From Naegleria gruberi (lineage: Eukaryota), in NCBI GenBank assembly GCA_000004985.1, contig GG739522.1: DNA of 1,162 nt; one strand, 5' to 3'. Shown piece after piece: positions 1-1,162 of the stretch (position 1 is its first letter; every line of letters starts with the position of its first letter). A program made the position numbers and the translations under genes. The notes beneath the pieces are model-generated. The model was not told the origin of the DNA and did no database searches. It saw nothing but the letters and a program-made list of their open reading frames with translations.

Positions 1-96
1 CCAACACAGAATATGGTGGGCGTTCAAATTGATCAAAATCTTCAGGATACTGATAAGTGGAATTAATATGGACCTTATCAGAGTCATAGATATATC
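1..96 (-). CDS. Exon 2 (partial, continues past the window start) of the DNase I-family nuclease.
   Basis: After the proposed splice, the frame reads G-YIYDSDKVHINSTYQYPEDFDQFERPPYSVL with no stop for 32 codons in AT-rich DNA. It aligns to DNASE1L3 ([41 protein letters not shown]) and to DNase I (YLFVYRPDQVSAVDSYYY...FNREPAIVRF). The Y.Y...V....Y.Y and F.REP..V spacing is conserved. Confidence 0.65.
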
Positions 97-145
97 CTAC
101 ATATTGATATTAACACACAAAAACATTGAAAATTTCACAACATAC
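97..145 (-). other. Spliceosomal intron of 49 nt, phase 1, with GTATGT donor and TAG acceptor, inside the DNase I-like gene.
   Basis: Minus-strand sequence: GTATGTTGTGAAATTTTCAATGTTTTTGTGTGTTAATATCAATATGTAG. The donor is GTATGT (plus 145..140) and the acceptor AG is at plus 98..97. Splicing G146 to g96-a95 gives a Gly codon and restores a frame with no stops that continues the DNase1L homology. A possible branch-like TGTTAAT / TCAAT lies 10-20 nt upstream of the acceptor. Confidence 0.6.
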
Positions 146-572
146 CATATTGTTCCTTACTACTTGTTCTTCCCAATCTCAAACTTAAAGATATTTGGAA
201 TTTTCTACCAGCACTGTTTTTGCTCTCACTCAATAGTTGAAGTAATTCCTTAATGGCTTCTCCAGATGCATCTCTAATTTCCATGATCAATGTCAGATCA
301 CATTGTGAGAGAATTTTCAATAGAACATCAACAACTTGATTATTTTGCATCTTTTTCTGACCAAATACTTGGACATTGAAACTGCAGTATGTTAAATCGG
401 TGCTTGATTGTTTGGCAGTTGACTTGTTGATAATGGAAAGGTTTAGAGTAAGAACTGGATACGAAAGAAGGGAAAGAATCAAGAGTAAAGAGGTGGTGAG
501 TAAGAAGGTGCGACTCGTGGAGATCATTGTTAGCTGTTTTTTTAATTTGTGAAAATCATGCAGTACTGACAT
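146..572 (-). CDS. Exon 1 of a DNase I-family (DNase1/DNase1L-like) secreted deoxyribonuclease. Start is the ATG at 572 or the in-frame ATG at 527. The exon ends at a GTATGT splice donor, with G146 as the first base of a split Gly codon.
   Basis: The 145-aa minus ORF from the track has a hydrophobic signal-peptide-like segment (MISTSRTFLLTTSLLLILSLLS). The following segment, LTYCSFNVQVFGQKKMQNNQVVDVLLKILSQCDLTLIMEIRDASGEAIKELL ... LGRTSSKEQY, aligns without gaps to human DNase I (LKIAAFNIQTFGETKMSNATLVSYIVQILSRYDIALVQEVRDSHLTAVGKLL ... LGRNSYKERY). It also matches DNASE1L3 (SFNVRSFGESK...VMEIKD...[13 protein letters not shown]). The catalytic Glu39, DNA-contact Arg41 and Glu78 equivalents are conserved (MEIRD, KEQ). 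The ORF's apparent stop (TGA 135-137) lies just inside the GTATGT donor, so the exon ends at 146. I derived the coordinates by reverse-complementing the window myself. Confidence 0.82.
527..572 (-). other. A 15-codon N-terminal extension (MSVLHDFHKLKKQLT) between the first ATG (572) and a second in-frame ATG (527) that directly precedes the signal-peptide hydrophobic core. The true initiation codon is uncertain.
   Basis: The first ATG has a weak context (tttctgcATGt, T at -3). The second has an A-rich fungal/yeast-like context (cagctaacaATGa, A at -3). A signal peptide normally begins within a few residues of the initiator Met, which favours 527. Confidence 0.4.
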
Positions 573-600
573 GCAGAAAAGATCTTTAGGTCTGGATTTT

Positions 601-658
601 TTAATTACGAAACCAAGGTGGTAACGACATCGTAACGGGGGGGTGGTTCGTAATTACT
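601..658. promoter_or_regulatory. GC-rich imperfect inverted repeat (about a 12-13 bp stem and 30-nt spacer), located 30-85 bp upstream of the DNase start codon. Candidate cis-regulatory palindrome or 5'-UTR stem-loop.
   Basis: TAATTACGAAACC (602-614) pairs with GGTTCGTAATTA (645-656) with a 1-nt bulge. The spacer AAGGTGGTAACGACATCGTAACGGGGGGGT contains the direct repeat GTAACG twice (621-626 and 632-637, 11 bp apart), flanking GGTGG motifs (617-621 and 642-646) and a G7 run (637-643). It is the only GC-rich island in an otherwise AT-rich intergenic region. Confidence 0.3.
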
Positions 659-661
659 GGT

Positions 662-700
662 AAATGACAGGAAAAATTAAAATTTTTGATAATTTTAAAA
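662..700 (-). promoter_or_regulatory. AT-rich tract with AAAATTTT / TTTTAAAA palindromes and a GATAA motif, 90-130 bp upstream of the DNase ATG. Possible core-promoter or TATA-like region for the minus-strand gene.
   Basis: Plus strand: taaatgacaggaaaaattaaaatttttgataattttaaaaata. Minus sense: TATTTTTAAAATTATCAAAAATTTTAATTTTTCC. There is no canonical TATAAA, so this is weak and positional only. Confidence 0.15.
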
Positions 701-864
701 ATAACCTGCCCGCTAAACCCTTTTCGCAAATGCTGGCTTGACTTTTAACGATTTTTTGTTAATGGATTTTTGCGATGTGAGCGAAATGTAGAATTGCCCA
801 AGCTCGACTTGTAAATTTTTTCGAAAGTATTTGAAATTTCACCAAGTCTTGAAATTAATAAAGT

Positions 865-1161
865 CTATATTAAATGTATTGATTGTTGTAATGAACTGGA
901 ATAGGCCTGTTTGGAAGGGTCAAGAATAACACACGGAACCTTTTTTCCTTGATATCTCAATGATACGTTTCGGATCTTCAATAGCAAGCTGTATTGAATA
1001 AAAGTCATTAGAAAAGGACTCAACCTGACAAACCTTCTTGGTTTTTGTATCGAAGCATCTCGTTTCTTACTCACTACATAGTTGCCAGCAATACATTGTC
1101 CTGAATTTAAGGGTTCATTCAGATCAAGAAGATCACATAATTGACAAGTATCATAATACGT
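865..1161 (-). CDS. Unidentified open reading frame, open to the right window edge and ending at TAG 867..865. Possibly the 3' terminal coding part of a neighbouring upstream gene on the same strand.
   Basis: 99 codons without a stop in AT-rich DNA: TYYDTCQLCDLLDLNEPLNSGQCIAGNYVVSKKRDASIQKPRRFVRLSPFLMTFIQYSLLLKIRNVSLRYQGKKVPCVILDPSKQAYSSSLQQSIHLI*. The M of the track ORF at 1074 is actually a GTG codon, and the frame is open upstream of it. I recognise no domain. GTGAGTAAG (plus 1074..1066) resembles a 5' splice donor, so the exon structure could differ. Confidence 0.25.
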   Translation of the reverse strand, partial: TYYDTCQLCDLLDLNEPLNSGQCIAGNYVVSKKRDASIQKPRRFVRLSPFLMTFIQYSLLLKIRNVSLRYQGKKVPCVILDPSKQAYSSSLQQSIHLI

Positions 1162-1162
1162 A

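Noticed and set aside
29-253. Plus-strand 74-aa ORF from the six-frame track
   Set aside because: It lies antisense to the well-supported DNase I-like exons and intron. It has no recognisable motif, is low-complexity, and has no independent support. It is most likely a shadow ORF.
617-646. Possible G-quadruplex from GGTGG ... GGGGGGGTGG
   Set aside because: Only one long G run (G7) plus GG doublets are present. There are not four G-tracts of 3 or more in a compact span, so a canonical G4 is unlikely.
642-658. tRNA B-box-like GGTTCGTAATT
   Set aside because: It matches GGTTCG of the T-loop consensus, but the flanks cannot form a 5-bp T stem (GGTGG versus TTACT). No A box or acceptor-stem pairing is present. 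It is better explained as one arm of the 601..658 inverted repeat.
856-861. AATAAA hexamer on the plus strand (also at 998..1003)
   Set aside because: No supported plus-strand gene lies upstream of it. In AT-rich DNA this hexamer is expected by chance. For the minus-strand candidate gene, only an ATTAAA variant (plus 600..605) is available downstream, which is weak.
865-1074. Track ORF annotated as starting with M at 1074
   Set aside because: The codon at 1074..1072 is GTG, an alternative-start convention of the ORF caller, not ATG. The frame is open upstream to the window edge. I therefore treated it as part of a longer open frame rather than a discrete 69-aa gene.
1-1162. Prokaryotic defence system, CRISPR array or mobile element
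   Set aside because: There are no repeat-spacer periodicity, no terminal inverted repeats with target-site duplication, and no prokaryotic gene organisation. The presence of a spliceosomal GT-AG intron that restores a homologous reading frame indicates eukaryotic nuclear DNA.

Overview
This window is AT-rich eukaryotic nuclear DNA, not a prokaryotic locus. No operon, CRISPR array, mobile element or defence system is visible.

The main feature is the 5' part of a secreted DNase I-family nuclease gene on the minus strand, in two exons. Exon 1 (146..572) encodes an N-terminal signal peptide, a short low-complexity linker and the start of the catalytic domain. It aligns without gaps to the DNase I / DNase1L motifs (SFNVQVFG..K....V.D.LLKIL...DL.LIMEIRD ... 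LGR.S.KEQY). A 49-nt spliceosomal intron (97..145) begins with GTATGT and ends with TAG. It sits in phase 1 and joins exon 1 to exon 2 (1..96, which runs off the left edge). The exon 2 translation (GYIYDSDKVHINSTYQYPEDFDQFERPPYSVL) continues the DNase1L-type homology ([15 protein letters not shown]..SYHY....D.FSREPFVV).

Upstream of this gene (573..864 on the plus strand) is an AT-rich intergenic region. It contains one conspicuous GC-rich imperfect inverted repeat (601..658) with an internal GTAACG direct repeat and a G7 run. This is a candidate regulatory element or 5'-UTR stem-loop.

Further upstream, a minus-strand frame stays open from the right edge (1161) to a TAG at 865. It may be the 3' end of a neighbouring gene, but I could not recognise it.

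The provided plus-strand ORF 29..253 is antisense to the DNase coding sequence and is treated as spurious. Homology statements come from my memory of the DNase I family sequences, not from a database search.
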